64,000 bases of DNA from Octopus sinensis (GCF_006345805.1 NC_043010.1:12214001-12278000), one strand, 5' to 3'; shown: positions 10,832 to 24,229, counted from the stretch's first letter. Notes: generated by a model from the letters alone, not told the origin. Made by a program: numbers and translations.

Positions 10832-11893
10832 TTCCGGTCGTCAACTTATACTTAAAAGGCCACCCCACACGTGCTCTCTCATTCACCTAGCAGCTATATT
10901 CCTGAGTACAGATAAGTTGAAAACTTATTTTCACTTCTCAAAGTCCTCGCTCCCTCGTCTATCAACCTTTTTCACTTCTCGAAGCCCTCGCTCTCTCGTC
11001 TATCAACTTCGCGTATTCCTTTATTAATTTTGCCCTTCAAGTCCTCACTCTCTCATCTATCAACCTTCGCCATCTTGAAGTCTGTTTCTTTAGTACACTT
11101 CCGCCTTGTCCAAAAATTCCCTTCCGGTCGTCAACTTATACTTAAAAGGCCACCCCACACGTGCTCTCTCATTCACCTAGCAGCTATATTCCTGAGTACA
11201 GATAAGTTGAAAACTTATTTTCACTTCTCGAAGTCCTCGCCCCCTCGTCTATCAACCTTTTTCACTTCTCGAAGCCCTCGCTCCCTCGTCTATCAACCTT
11301 TTTCACTTCTCGAAGCCCTCGCACTCTCGTCTATCAACCTTCGCGTATTCCTTTATTAATTTTGCCCTTCAAGTCCTCGCTCTCTCGTCTATCAACCTTC
11401 GCCATCTTGAAGTCTGTTTCTTTAGTACACTTCCGCCTTGTCCAAAAATTCCCCTTCCGGTCGTCAACTTATACTTAAAAGGCCACCCCACACGTGCTCT
11501 CTCATTCACCTAGCAGCTATATTCCTGAGTACAGATAAGTTGAAAACTTATTTTCACTTCTCGAAGTCCTCGCCCCCCCTCGTCTATCAACCTTTTTCAC
11601 TTCTCGAAGCCCTCGCTCCCTCGTCTATCAACCTTTTTCACTTCCGAAGCCTCGCACTCTCGTCTATCAACCTTCGCGTATTCCTTTATTAATTTTGCCC
11701 TTCAAGTCCTCGCTCTCTCGTCTATCAACCTTCGCCATCTTGAAGTCTGTTTCTTTAGTACACTTCCGCCTTGTCCAAAAATTCCCCTTCCGGTCGTCAA
11801 CTTATACTTAAAAGGCCACCCCAGACGTGCTCTCTCATTCACCTAGCAGCGATATTCCTGAGTACAGATAAGTTGAAAACTTATTTTCACTTC
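10831..11893. repeat. Complex satellite: units of 290/333/333 bp plus a partial fourth, with internal ~40-bp sub-repeats
   Basis: Units start cttccggtcgtcaac at 10831, 11121, 11454 and 11787. Sub-repeat cacttctcgaagccctcgctccctcgtctatcaacctttt. Confidence 0.95.
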
Positions 11894-12154
11894 GCGTATT
11901 CGCGGTGCACCCGCCCTTGCCCACCCCCACCACCAATACCGGATATCTCTATATTTTTTGCTCCATCTATACCGGATGTCGCTTCTCCCCCCACCATTAT
12001 AGGTGTCTACTCTTCGAACCCCCTCTTCAATACGCTATTTCACCATGCATTACCCCTCTCGTGATATCCTACGTTCTACTTGTCTAGAAACTGTCAACGT
12101 TCTACGAACACCCCTCCCCACTGGTGCTCCCCTATATTTCTGCCCCCCCCCATA

Positions 12155-12456
12155 GAAAGCACCATCCGAACGTGGCCGATGCCAGCGCCGCCCCGACTGG
12201 CTTCTGTGCAGGTGGCACATAAAAAGCACCAACCGACCGTGGCCGATGCTAGACCCCTCTGGCACCTGTGCAGGTGGCACGTAAAAAGCACCCACTACAC
12301 TCGCGGAGTGGTTGGCGTTAGGAAGGGCATCCAGCTGTAGAAACACTGCCAGACCAGACTGGAGCCTGGGGCAGCCCCTGGCTCCCCAGACCCCAGTCGA
12401 AACCGTCCAACCCGTGCTAGCGCGGAAAACGGACGTTAAACAATGATGATGATGAT
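12155..12456 (+). mobile_element. SINE-like family C
   Basis: Two 5' units, the core and a (gat)n tail. Confidence 0.85.
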
Positions 12457-12496
12457 ATACTTTATTTAAAAGCAGCAGAAATTTTTGTTAACAAAA

Positions 12497-12534
12497 CTGT
12501 CTGACGAATGGGAACGTGAAACTCCGAGTAACAG
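12497..12534 (+). ncRNA. Minimal type I hammerhead ribozyme with canonical core
   Basis: ctgt|CUGACGA|atg-GGAA-cgt|GAA|act-ccg-agt|A|acag, with a GUA triplet. Stem I is extended by flanking inverted repeats (12460-12567). Confidence 0.8.
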
Positions 12535-12655
12535 CTTTTGTTAAATTTCTGCTGCTTTTAAATAAAGCATATTACTCTACCTCTGGTATTTGAGTTATCT
12601 TTTCTCCACCTTTTTCACATTTATGTGTTTACTCCGGTGTGTGTATATATATATG

Positions 12656-12689
<34 letters not shown>

Positions 12690-12690
<1 letters not shown>

Positions 12691-12906
12691 TCTTTTATTC
12701 TTTTATTTGTTTCAGTCATTTGACTGTGGCCATGCTGGAGTACCACCTTTAGTCGAACAAATCAACCCCAGGACTTATTCTTTGTAAGCCTGGTACTTAT
12801 TCTATTGGTCTCTTTTGTTGATCTGCTAAGTTATGGGGATGTAAACACACCAACATCAGTTGTCAAGTGATGGTGGGGGACAAACACAGACACATAAACA
12901 TATAAG

Positions 12907-12951
<45 letters not shown>

Positions 12952-13460
12952 GTATGTATGTATGTATATACAATGGGCTTCTTCCAGTTTCCATCAACCA
13001 AATCTACTCACAAGGCTTTGTCGGCCTGGGGTTATAGTAGAAGACACTTGCCCAAGATGCCACGCAGTGGGACTGAACCCAGAATCATGTGGTTATTAAG
13101 CAAGGTACTTACCACACAGCCACTCATATATTCTTTTATTCTTTTACTTGTTTCCGTCATTTGACTGTGGCCATACTGGAGCACTGCCTTTAGTCAAGCA
13201 AATTGACCCCAGGACTTATTCTTTGTAAGCCTAGTACTTATTCTATTGGTTACTTTTGCTGATCCACTAAGTTACGGGGATGTAAACACACCAATATCGG
13301 TTGTCAAGCGATGGTGGCGGAACAAACACAGACACATAAACATATATATGTACGTGTATATACGATGTGCTTCTTCCAGTTTCCATCAACCAAAGGCCCG
13401 GGGTAAGACTGAACTCAGAACATGAGGTTGGTAAGCAAGCTACTTACCACACAGTTACTC
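12690..13460 (-). mobile_element. Two tandem SINE family A copies
   Basis: Copies at about 12690-13128 and 13130-13460; the second has a partly deleted head. Confidence 0.85.
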
Positions 13461-13714
13461 ATATATATTTATATATGTGTATATGTATGCACATACATGC
13501 GTGTATGTGTGTGTATGATGTGTGTCTTTGTGTTTGTTTCCATCCCCATGACTTTGGACAAAAGAGGCTGACAGAATAAGTAGCAGACTTAAAAATAAGT
13601 ACAAGTATTGATTTGTTCGAGTAAACCTTTTAAGGCGGTGCCCCAGGATGGGGCTGCAGTGCAATGATTAAAAGCAAGTTAAAGAAAAGCTTAAAAAATA
13701 AAGATAAAAACATA

Positions 13715-13881
13715 TAGGTGCAGGAGTGGCTGTGTGGTAAGTAGCTTGTTTACCAACCACATGGTTCCGGGTTCAGTCCCACTGCGTGGCACCTTGGGCA
13801 AGTGTCTTCTACTATAGCCTCGGGCTGACCAAAGACTTGCGAGTGGATTTGGTAGATGGAAACTGAAAGAAGCCTGTCGTA

Positions 13882-13921
<40 letters not shown>

Positions 13922-14152
13922 TGTGTGTGTTTGTGTCTGTGTTTGTCCCCCTAGCATTGTTTGACAACTTATGCTGGTGTGTTTATGTCCCCGTTACTTA
14001 GCGGTTCGGCAAAAGAGACCGATAGAATAAGTATTGGGCTTACAAAGAATAAGTCCTGGGGTCGATTTGCTCGACTAAAGGCGGTGCTCCAGCATGGCTG
14101 CAGTCAAATGACTGAAACAAGTAAAAGAGTAAAAGAGTAAAAGATAGTAAAT
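13715..14152 (+). mobile_element. SINE family A, full length, plus strand
   Basis: ggagtggctgtgtggtaagtagcttg...ggttcagtccc...(TA)n...gaaacaagtaaaagagtaaaagag. Confidence 0.9.
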
Positions 14153-14327
14153 GAAATTTTCTCTTTAGGAGTAAAGATGGGAGTTTGAAACCAAGGTCAG
14201 TGTGAATATTTCTAGATTTTTATCCTCGTTTCAACTTCATAAGTTTCATCGCAGGCTCTTAAAATATTTCATTCTCTTTTTAAGTAAGAGCTGATTCGTG
14301 TTAGAAATTGAAGCTCTGATGTCATCA

Positions 14328-14331
<4 letters not shown>

Positions 14332-14364
<33 letters not shown>

Positions 14365-14819
14365 ATTTTTGGCTCAAAAAGCAAAAAGCAAGGCCATGTA
14401 GGGGGACATGGAGTTATGTACAGGGTGGTGTTCATGTAAAGAGTTCAGGCCACTTGAGGACAAGGGAGACTTTGAACACAGCGGTCGTCGGCATCTTCAC
14501 CATCTCATCTGGCAGCTTGTTCCACGGATCCACAACCCGGACAGAGAAAGCCCCTCTCCTTTGATTGAGATGAAATCGTCGCAGATAGAGCTTTTCGGAA
14601 TGACCCCGCAGCCGACGCTCTGGAGCAGGTGTGAAGAACAGCTCTTTAGAGAGGTTATACTTTCCGCTTATGATGTTGTGAGCAAGAATGAGATCACCAC
14701 GGCGGCGGCGTTTTTCTAGAGAATAAAGGTCGAGCGTCTTCAGCCTTTCTTCATAAGACAAATTCTTGAGACCATGAACCATGCGGGTAGCCAGCTTCTG
14801 GACTCTTTCGAGATGTAAT
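14332..14819 (-). mobile_element. 5'-truncated CR1-like LINE (ORF2 C-terminus, 3' UTR and (CTAA)n tail)
   Basis: LSYEERLKTLDLYSLEKRRRRGDLILAHNII...RLRGHSEKL...RRGAFSVRVVDPWNKLPDEMV is the CR1-clade ORF2 C-terminus. The tail reads (TTAG)n on plus. Flanked by a 67-bp direct repeat. Confidence 0.9.
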
Positions 14820-15966
14820 TATTTCATTCTCTTTTTAAGTAAGAGCTGATTCGTGTTAGAAATTGAAGCTCTGATGTCATCAAGTTGCTGAACATGTTAA
14901 GAATCAAACTGACCAAATTAGGTAAATAAATGACAACTGCATTATATTAACAACATGTCTTTATGTATAAATAGAAGGGAGCCCATAGATAATAAATACA
15001 GTACAATATTATCGTATGTAATCAAAAATCAAAGCATAGGGTATAAAAAGAAAATGTAGTTCTTAAAGAAAAAAGAAAATGAGATAAAATTCACGGAATT
15101 TTAAATACATTTGAAATACATTCTTACACACTTCAGTTAGACTGCAGTCATTTGTGACTTTTTTTTTTTTTTTTGAATTATATTTTCAAATATTTATCCT
15201 AATAAGAAATCAGAGAAACAGAGGTGCTAATGGCTCATTTTTGCATTTTAAACAGTACACACACGAATAAACATATACTTGCTTGTTGCATGTTGAGGTT
15301 TCAAGTTAGTTGTGAACATCTTATAGAATAATGGGTTTTCCATTTCTTTTCTTTTAATTATCACATTGTGGAACATCGTAAAAAGACCTCGAAAGCTCGT
15401 ACCACTAAATAGAGCAATTATAAAGGTATTTTTCTCAAAGAAGCTGCGAACTACTTCTTTCTTTTACACTTGAAAGAAGGAGAATTCAGAGGGTTTTTTA
15501 CAGCTAAACTTCTCTCGGACGGTTTTCAACAATTTATGAATTTGATTGTAAAGATATAGGTGGACACTAAATGTGAATTTCACTGTGATACATAAATTTA
15601 TTACAAAACTGCAAAATTGTTCCTATATAAATCATTCTTATCATTTGCCGGTTCCCTTTCATGGACACCACGTATAATATGTGTGTATGTACACACTCAG
15701 ATACAAGTATATTGAGATATGCGTGTGTGTGTGTATGTGTGTTTATGTATATATGTGTACCTGTACCTATATATAAATTTATATATATATGCAAATACAT
15801 GTGATAGAAAGCATAGTTAGTCAAATACAATTAAACGCATACATTTTTGTATGTGTTTATATTCATACATACTAACTCTGACTCACATATGTGTAATATA
15901 CATGTATTTATATATAGATATAAATATATAGACATATAATTATGCACATACATACATATATATATA

Positions 15967-16016
<50 letters not shown>

Positions 16017-16020
16017 TAAC

Positions 16021-16088
<68 letters not shown>

Positions 16089-16366
16089 TATACATATATA
16101 TATACATACACATATTATATATTATATATATACAGACAGACAGACACACATATGCATATATATATATATATATATATTATTATATATATATATATACATA
16201 TATACATATATACATATATGACATATATATGTGCATATTTATATAATAATGTGTAATATACGCACACAACACAAGTGCATACATACATGTATATCAATGT
16301 ATATACATATATATATGTATGTATTTCTGTATGTATGCATGTATGTATGTATATGAATGCACAAGT

Positions 16367-16407
<41 letters not shown>

Positions 16408-16709
16408 CCAAATTTATACTTATACCAGCAGTTCAATGGTTAATTTAACCACAACCAAGAAGTAAGAGGAATGCATTGAACAGTAAATTCCAGTATTTCA
16501 CCATATACATATTTATATATATTATATTCCCATATGCTGAAATCTGGCATTTTTACAGTACATCTAACACTAATGATACAAAAGTTATACACAAGTTATC
16601 AACCAGAACAACATCATTGACAACCATTTGAGATGGGGAAAATATTTACAAGACAATGATGAGGATGACAACGACGATGATGGTAATGATGTTGATGATG
16701 ATGATTATC

Positions 16710-16741
<32 letters not shown>

Positions 16742-16973
16742 AATGATAAATTGATAATTCAGTGATAAGGTGGGTTGGTTATGTGTGTGTGTGTGTATAT
16801 ATATATATGTACATATATATATATTATGTGAATAGAAAGATGAATAATCTTGTAGTAGATTAATCAAAGTTTAACCGATACCTTAGTAGCAAAAATCACA
16901 GCAGTTAAAAGCACGGTGGAGGTACAACCATATGGTGTTGCAACCGTGCGTTGGTGCGGATAATTGAAATTAA

Positions 16974-19900
16974 AACATATTGGTGATTGAAGAAATGGAG
17001 CTGAACGCAGATTGAACAGAAATCTTTTATTTCATTCTACACGTGTTTCGAAGGCACCTAGATTTACTCGGTAAAGAGATCAGAAAAATTATAAAAAACC
17101 AATTGGAGTACCTGAGGAAGGTAAACTTGGAATTAAGGAAATAATATTTAAACACCGGATTCAAATGAGAACTCAGCCACTTAGCCCTAAGCAACCCAGA
17201 TTTATAGTGAAAGGACCTAACCGAACTTCCACACCAACCACGCGCTAGACTCATATGCCCTGCTAGATCTGATATCAGGATAATCAGTAAGTACATTTAG
17301 ATAATATATCCCTATTTAGTAAACAGCTGACTCATCCTCTGGGCCAACTCCTCGCAGGTAGTGAAGTGGTTCTCTTCCATCCCCAATAAGAACCGTACTA
17401 GGTTCATTCAGTTTGATATCGCCAGCTTCTACCCCCTCTATTAACCCTAGTGTGCTAAATAAGGCCCCTTGGCATGCTCACAACAAGGCTGGCCTCACCA
17501 GAGAAGAGATAGAGATAATCATTTTAGTTGCCAGAAAATCGTTTATTTAAGTTTGATAATAAGTTGTGGATCCGTAAGATACTCCCAATGAATTTGATGT
17601 GCCTATGGGTAGTTCGGATAGTGCGCAGATAGCCGATTTGGTCGGAATATATTTCTCTACGAATTGTCCGACACTTCCCCGGAGATCGCGGGCGGCCTGT
17701 ATCGTGACGATTGTCTGTTTTATACCTGCAAAACACCCACGAACAGAAAATGCAGAAAACTAAGAGCAGGTTAGCTAGTTTTTTAATAAATGGGCATGAG
17801 TATAGTTTTTGATAATGAACTCCCAAGCTAATTTCCTAGACGTTACACTTAACCTTAATGCGACTCATACTGCCCTTACCATAAGCCTTCCACTAATTTG
17901 AAGTATGTCAGTGTCTTCTCAAATCATGCCAAAACCGTAACAGACAATTTGGTTAAAAACATCTCTCTAAGATTGTCTGGCTTGTCCGCCAGTGCCGATA
18001 TTTTTATGCAGAAAGCGGAATTTTTAACGCCGCACTATCCAGGCCATTATAGGCAGAAGGTAATTTATATTGATCTGGCCCTTCCGATGCCATCATTCGG
18101 TCATCAGGATAGGGCCGTATATAATAACATTAACATTTTAAGTAAGGACGGGAGCGCGGCGGATGCCGGGGTAGTCGCTCCCGCATTTAATTTAGCAAAC
18201 AAGGATAATTATCGGTCTGGGAGGTCTTACACTAACCCAAGACCTGTTATTCATCCGAGAATCACCCACCCGAATGCGAGAGCTGGCGTCCCGACCCATC
18301 ACACTGATAGGAATAAGCATATATGGTTTGTAATACCCTTTGGTAAGCAGATTAGAACTAACCTCCCCCTCATGTTTAGACACCATCGCCAATAACTTCC
18401 CCAGAAATTCCAAATATTACTCCACGGTTAACTCGCATAAAGTTAGGATAGCTTTCTCCACCACTAAAAACCTCGCCCAGATAATCGCCTCCCATAATAA
18501 TAGGCTACTTACTAGACCCTATCACACCTTTTTTCCGGAGGCACAGCCTCTTCCGCTCCGGTTTTATGCTCAGTAGGAATAATTAGTAAGAATAATGATA
18601 TGAGAGCAGTACAGTGACACATAATCTCAGCTCCAGCCAGGGAGTACCCACTAGGGGTATAGTTATAATAGGGGTGTTGTGGTTGACGGTAACAATGGGA
18701 GTAGGGTAAGAGAGCCCAATAGCATCCCCAGCATCATTTCCGCAATAGCAGCACCACGGGCAGTAGCAATGACAGCACTCTGATAGATAGTGGAAATCAG
18801 GGGTTATTCCTATAGTTAATAGTGACGTAGTGGAAAATAGAGTAGTAGCGGCTGCAGGTCTCGGAACGAATATAGTGACAGGAACGCAGTTCTAATTTCA
18901 GAACTAATCCTAGCAGAATAAGATTCACGTCGGCGAACTCAAGATCAAAAAGCCGTCTACCAATGCAAGGTTTACACGGACTCAGATGTCTTCACTTATG
19001 TAGGGGCCTCATCCTCAAGATTGTCTTTGCGTGTCCCAACCATTACGCAACTTTTCGGGATATGAACAAGCGCCAGACCACGGACTCAGTAAGCTAATAG
19101 GCGACTGAAGATACGAACTTAAGCTACAGGCTGGAATGGTCAATTTTGTCGGTGGCCTCCCATTTGATAGGGCAGAAGGCAGTGCAACCTTTGTGTCTCC
19201 GAACTCTTCCATATTTTGTTTGCCAAGGCCGGATGGTAAACGGGCTTTTACAGTCGCTTTTCGATGCCCCCATTGGCGGCGTTACACTTTCTCTGCTTTT
19301 AAATAGCGTTTATAAATATAACCGGCACCCATAGCCTTGGTAACAAATTCTGAAATAGCCTTAAGATATCTACGATTAACCACTGCAAGGGGAATTACTC
19401 CTGTAAGACAAACGGGGCTTGGTTTTTTCACAGCGGGGTTTCCTTGACAAGGCAGGCTTAGATGAACACACACACACATAAAACATAATATATATATATT
19501 TTTTTTTCTGCCACCCAACGTTCTCACTGACAGCCCGAACGATCAAATGCACACACGTACAACAAAAAATTTTTCTACTACTACCCCTACGGCCAACACA
19601 CACATATATAGAACAGTATACACACACACACCTCTCTCTAAGTAGATTTTTTCTCGCCCCTTATAAAACATCCAATATTCCTTAAATAGTCAGAACTTTA
19701 TTCTCGGTCACAAAGAACATCTACACACCCTCACCCACATGATTGACCGATGCCTGACCCGTTGAATTCTTCAGCCACCGGTTCTCAACATACACTGATA
19801 AACAGTTTCGCCATGGGCTCTTAGGAGCATAGTTCGATTTGTTTTGCTCCGCCTCTGTTCTGTTTTTGTTTTTCCAACGGATTTCCTATTTTCTTCTGAA

Positions 19901-20033
19901 GAGAAAGACCAATATGGTCCCATTATTCAATCGGATTTTGGTAATTTGTGCCTTTCGAAACACGTGTAGAATGAAATAAAACGATTTCTGTTCAATCTGC
20001 GTTCAGCTCCATTTCTTCAATTCACCAATAATG
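16974..20033 (+). mobile_element. Near-complete degraded Penelope-like element: 5' inverted terminal fragment, RT, GIY-YIG, 3' terminal repeat with hammerhead
   Basis: Plus-strand motifs across frameshifts: RLICPARSD; WFSSIPNKNRTRFIQFDIASFYP (17412); FDVPMGSSDSAQIADLVGIY (17593); GLYRDDCL (17694-17717); NFLDVTLNL; YHKP..LKYVSVFSNH; IWFVIPF; VYQCKVYTDSDVFTYVGAS (18955-19011); CNLCVSEL (19183); RCPH (19262). 16974-17057 is the reverse complement of 19948-20033. Confidence 0.92.
19893..19971 (+). ncRNA. Type I hammerhead-like motif with long stem II in the PLE 3' repeat
   Basis: CUGAAGA|gaaag..(44 nt)..ctttc|GAA|acacgtgt (palindrome)|A|gaa. Stem I is weak. Confidence 0.6.
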
Positions 20034-20257
20034 TTATATATATATAATATAATATTATATATATAAATTATTTTTACATATGTATTATATAATATAATAT
20101 ATATGTATATATATAAATATAATATATATATAATATAGATATAATATAATATATAATATATATAATATATAATATGTGTGTGTATATATATACACACACA
20201 CACATATATATATGCATATATATAAATAATATGTATATATACATACATACATACATA

Positions 20258-20309
<52 letters not shown>

Positions 20310-20351
20310 GTGTATATATGTATATATATTATACTAATAAATATATATATA

Positions 20352-20395
<44 letters not shown>

Positions 20396-20964
20396 CATAT
20401 ATGTTTACCTTTTTAACCCACCTCATCAACCCCAAGAGTGTTATTACTCTAGTTCAGTTTCATTTGGTTACAGTTTTATGTTTAATATTGTTTTAGATAT
20501 GTAATATTCATTTTTTTGTTTTCAATACTGAATAAGTAGATAATTTATAAATCATATTGCAAATCATTGTAAGTCATATTTTATTGTACAAAGTGTTTTC
20601 TGTATATTCACAACAGCAAATATGCTTGTTATTTTTTTTCTTTATTTTATTTTATTTTTTTATTTTATTTTTTTTTTCTGTTTTTCCTTTTTTTGATAGA
20701 AATAAAAAATATGGCAATTTCTTTCCTGTAGGAATCCTTTCTAATAAATCCCAAACAATTCCGTCTCCAAGTTCTGAAAATATCCTCAAATGCCACAACT
20801 TTTATAGGAAAGAAGCTTTTGAATTTCCGTTGGATTGTTTTTAGTTTTAGATGAAACAGAGACATGTCAAATATTGTCATTGTAGCAGCAAAACAAAACA
20901 CACATAACAAGGAAAAAAAAATAGAAGAAGCACTGTTAAATTGTGTTTCTCACATACACATATG

Positions 20965-21350
20965 CATGCATGAACGTATGTATGTATGTATGTATGTATT
21001 TATGTATGTATGTATGTATGTATGTATGTATTTATGTATGTATGTATTTATGTATGTATGTATGTATGTATGTATGTATGTATGTATGTATGCATGTACG
21101 TATGTATGTATGCATGTATGTATGTATGTATGTATGCATGTATGCATGTATGTATGTATGCATGTATGCATGTATGTATGTATGTATGCATGCATGCATG
21201 TATGTGTATGTATGTATGTATGTATGTATGTATGTATGTATGTATGTATGTATGCATGTATGTATGTATGTATGTATGCATGTATGTATGTATGTATGCA
21301 TGCATGTATGTATGTGTATATGTATGCACGAATGTATGTATGTATGCACA
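20965..21350. repeat. (TATG)n/(CATG) tetranucleotide microsatellite
   Basis: Direct inspection. Confidence 0.95.
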
Positions 21351-21434
21351 CATGCATGTATATTTTTATAAGTCTATATATGTATGAATATGAATGTTAA
21401 AATATATGTGTGTGTGTACATATATTTATGAATG

Positions 21435-21466
<32 letters not shown>

Positions 21467-21718
21467 TATATGTACATGTATCTATGTGCACATGCATATA
21501 ATATGTACATTATGTTTATACACACACACATGCACAAACACATATACATGTATGTATTTACCACACACACTCATTAAATTGATGAAGATGATAATGTTAT
21601 TGATATGTATGTGTGTGTATGTATATATATATATATATACACACATACATATATATATAGATATACATATACATACATATACATATATATATATACATAC
21701 ATATGTATATATATATAC

Positions 21719-21749
<31 letters not shown>

Positions 21750-21794
21750 GATATATACATATATAATATACAGATTATATATATAGATATATAC

Positions 21795-21825
<31 letters not shown>

Positions 21826-22032
21826 CATATATATATATAGATATATACATATATATAGATATATACATATATATATAGATATATACATATATATAGATAT
21901 ATAATATGTATATACATATACATATACATATATAAATTTACATCTGTGCACACACTCACCCGGATGTACACACACATACATACATACATACATTATATAC
22001 ATATATATATATATATCTATATATATATAGAT

Positions 22033-22075
<43 letters not shown>

Positions 22076-23037
22076 CATATATATATAGCTTAGATATGGA
22101 TGTGGAAATAATAGTTTAGGTGAAACAACTGCAGTAATGACCATTGGGAAACAGGGTTGCTCAGAAAGAGTAGATGCAAGGTGGTGGTGGTGGTGGTGAT
22201 GGGGAAAGGAGGGGAAGCAGGGAAGAACCAGAAAAGGAAGATTGAGATTCACTATATCTATAGTGATAATATTGATTATTACTTCAGCATAAAGTCTCCA
22301 AATTGATAGGAAAGAGTAAGAGGGACACTATGACATTAAATGCCTTTCCCCAAGGCAATAATCCAATAAGGATTCTCAATTGCTGCCATTTGGCTGCAAT
22401 TGAGAACCAAAACCTGATTGTGAACTCAGCTCTCTGGGTGTCAAACTCCACCAAACTACTCAACACACATATAAGAACATATAAGTAATAAAGATTTTTT
22501 TTTTTTACATATTATTATAATTTGCCAATATTATCCATGAGAAATGAAAGTAAATAGGGGGGAAAAAGTACAAATATATTTTTTAAAAAAACCCTTTTTT
22601 TATTTGCTGACAGCAAAAATGAAAGCAACTTTAAATATGGTTTGGTAAGAATTGTAATTTTTTTTTTTAATTAGACCATATTCACTTACTGGATTAGATA
22701 TAATTATACAAGCCAAAATCAATTTTAATATTTATTATATTCTGACTGCATGGAACAAGTAGTTGTACCATAATATTGTCATAAGTAATTATATATGAGA
22801 TGCCAGAATGGATGGTGTTGTTCTTAAGACACACACTACACACACACACACACGCAAAAAACTTTCACACATACAGACAAAATTAGAGTTGTCGAGTTGA
22901 CAATACATGTAAAGACTGCCAGAATTAGTGCTTGTCAATCAATGAGAGACATGAATTTTATGGTTTCTAGCCTGGCTGGAATAACATATATATATCTTTT
23001 GATAAGGAATTGCATCTTATGTATCAAAGGATATTAT

Positions 23038-23068
<31 letters not shown>

Positions 23069-23152
23069 TATATATACATAATATATATATACATACATAC
23101 ATATATATATACATATATATATATATATATGTTTATATATGTATGTATATAA

Positions 23153-23198
<46 letters not shown>

Positions 23199-23667
23199 AA
23201 TCCATGTGTATATATATATATGTATGTATATTATATATTTATATATATATATATATGTATATATATAATGTATATATATATATACACATACATATATATA
23301 TATATGTGTGTGTGTTTGTGTGTTGTAAAAATATCTTGAGACGCTCTAGTAACACAGATCACAACTTTGAGATGAAATCTTAACTTAATAAAATTGCTTT
23401 AAAAAATAGTTGGGACTGGAAAGAGTACTCTCGTTACAATCTGAGGAAGGTTTTAAAACCCAAACTATTTCTTAGGGTTTTTGTCACAATACTGAAATAT
23501 TCTCCATGACATGTAATTCTTATTTACACCGTAAAACATGCTTATGTTGTCATTGTTGCTGTTGTTATTATTGCAGTTAATGTTGTTGTTTAGTCCCAGA
23601 TTATTCTTGATTCAAAAGACCAATTATCAGTCATTCCAGCCATGACCATCCTGTTTTTAAAACTCTT

Positions 23668-23700
<33 letters not shown>

Positions 23701-24229
23701 TATATGACTACATTCCATAATGTGGTTTTCCTTTCTTTAAAACAATATGAAGGAATTCAGCTGTTATTTCTAGCTGGTCGAGTTACTGAATAAAGGCTCC
23801 CTCATTGGCTCATGAAACATGTACTATTACACACTAAAAAAAAAAGAACCCTGTTATTTTGTCATTTACCCTCAGTCGCAACTAATGATATGATCGAGAA
23901 GATTGTCTAATAACACGTTGATAATACCCATGATAACATAATAGCATATATTATCATGATAAGATGGTTTTTAAGCCATAAACACTTCGATAATGATATT
24001 ATTAGAGAGTTTTCTAATACAGGTATAGTGAAGATATCATCTACTGCATGGTGAGTGTATCATCCTCAAGAAGGTTAGATTTTGCAGAATGTCTTTTCCT
24101 TGTGTTGAAAATTCCAATAATTTAAGGGGAGAATATATAATTTCACATGACAAGACGTCTCCCATATGTTAAACACGTTTTATACCATTTAGAAAGTGGT
24201 GGGGGAGACACACACACACACACAGAGAA

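Noticed and set aside
14330-14364. (TTAG)n as a telomere-like repeat
   Set aside because: It is a tetranucleotide, lies exactly at the CR1 3' end inside the flanking duplication, and is best explained as the LINE tail.
20557-20910. Exon after the long polypyrimidine tract at about 20625-20695
   Set aside because: Several frames are open on both strands, with no donor site and no recognisable peptide.
22373-22406. Near-perfect 34-nt hairpin as a miRNA precursor
   Set aside because: Too short for a pre-miRNA, with no extended lower stem and no recognised mature sequence.
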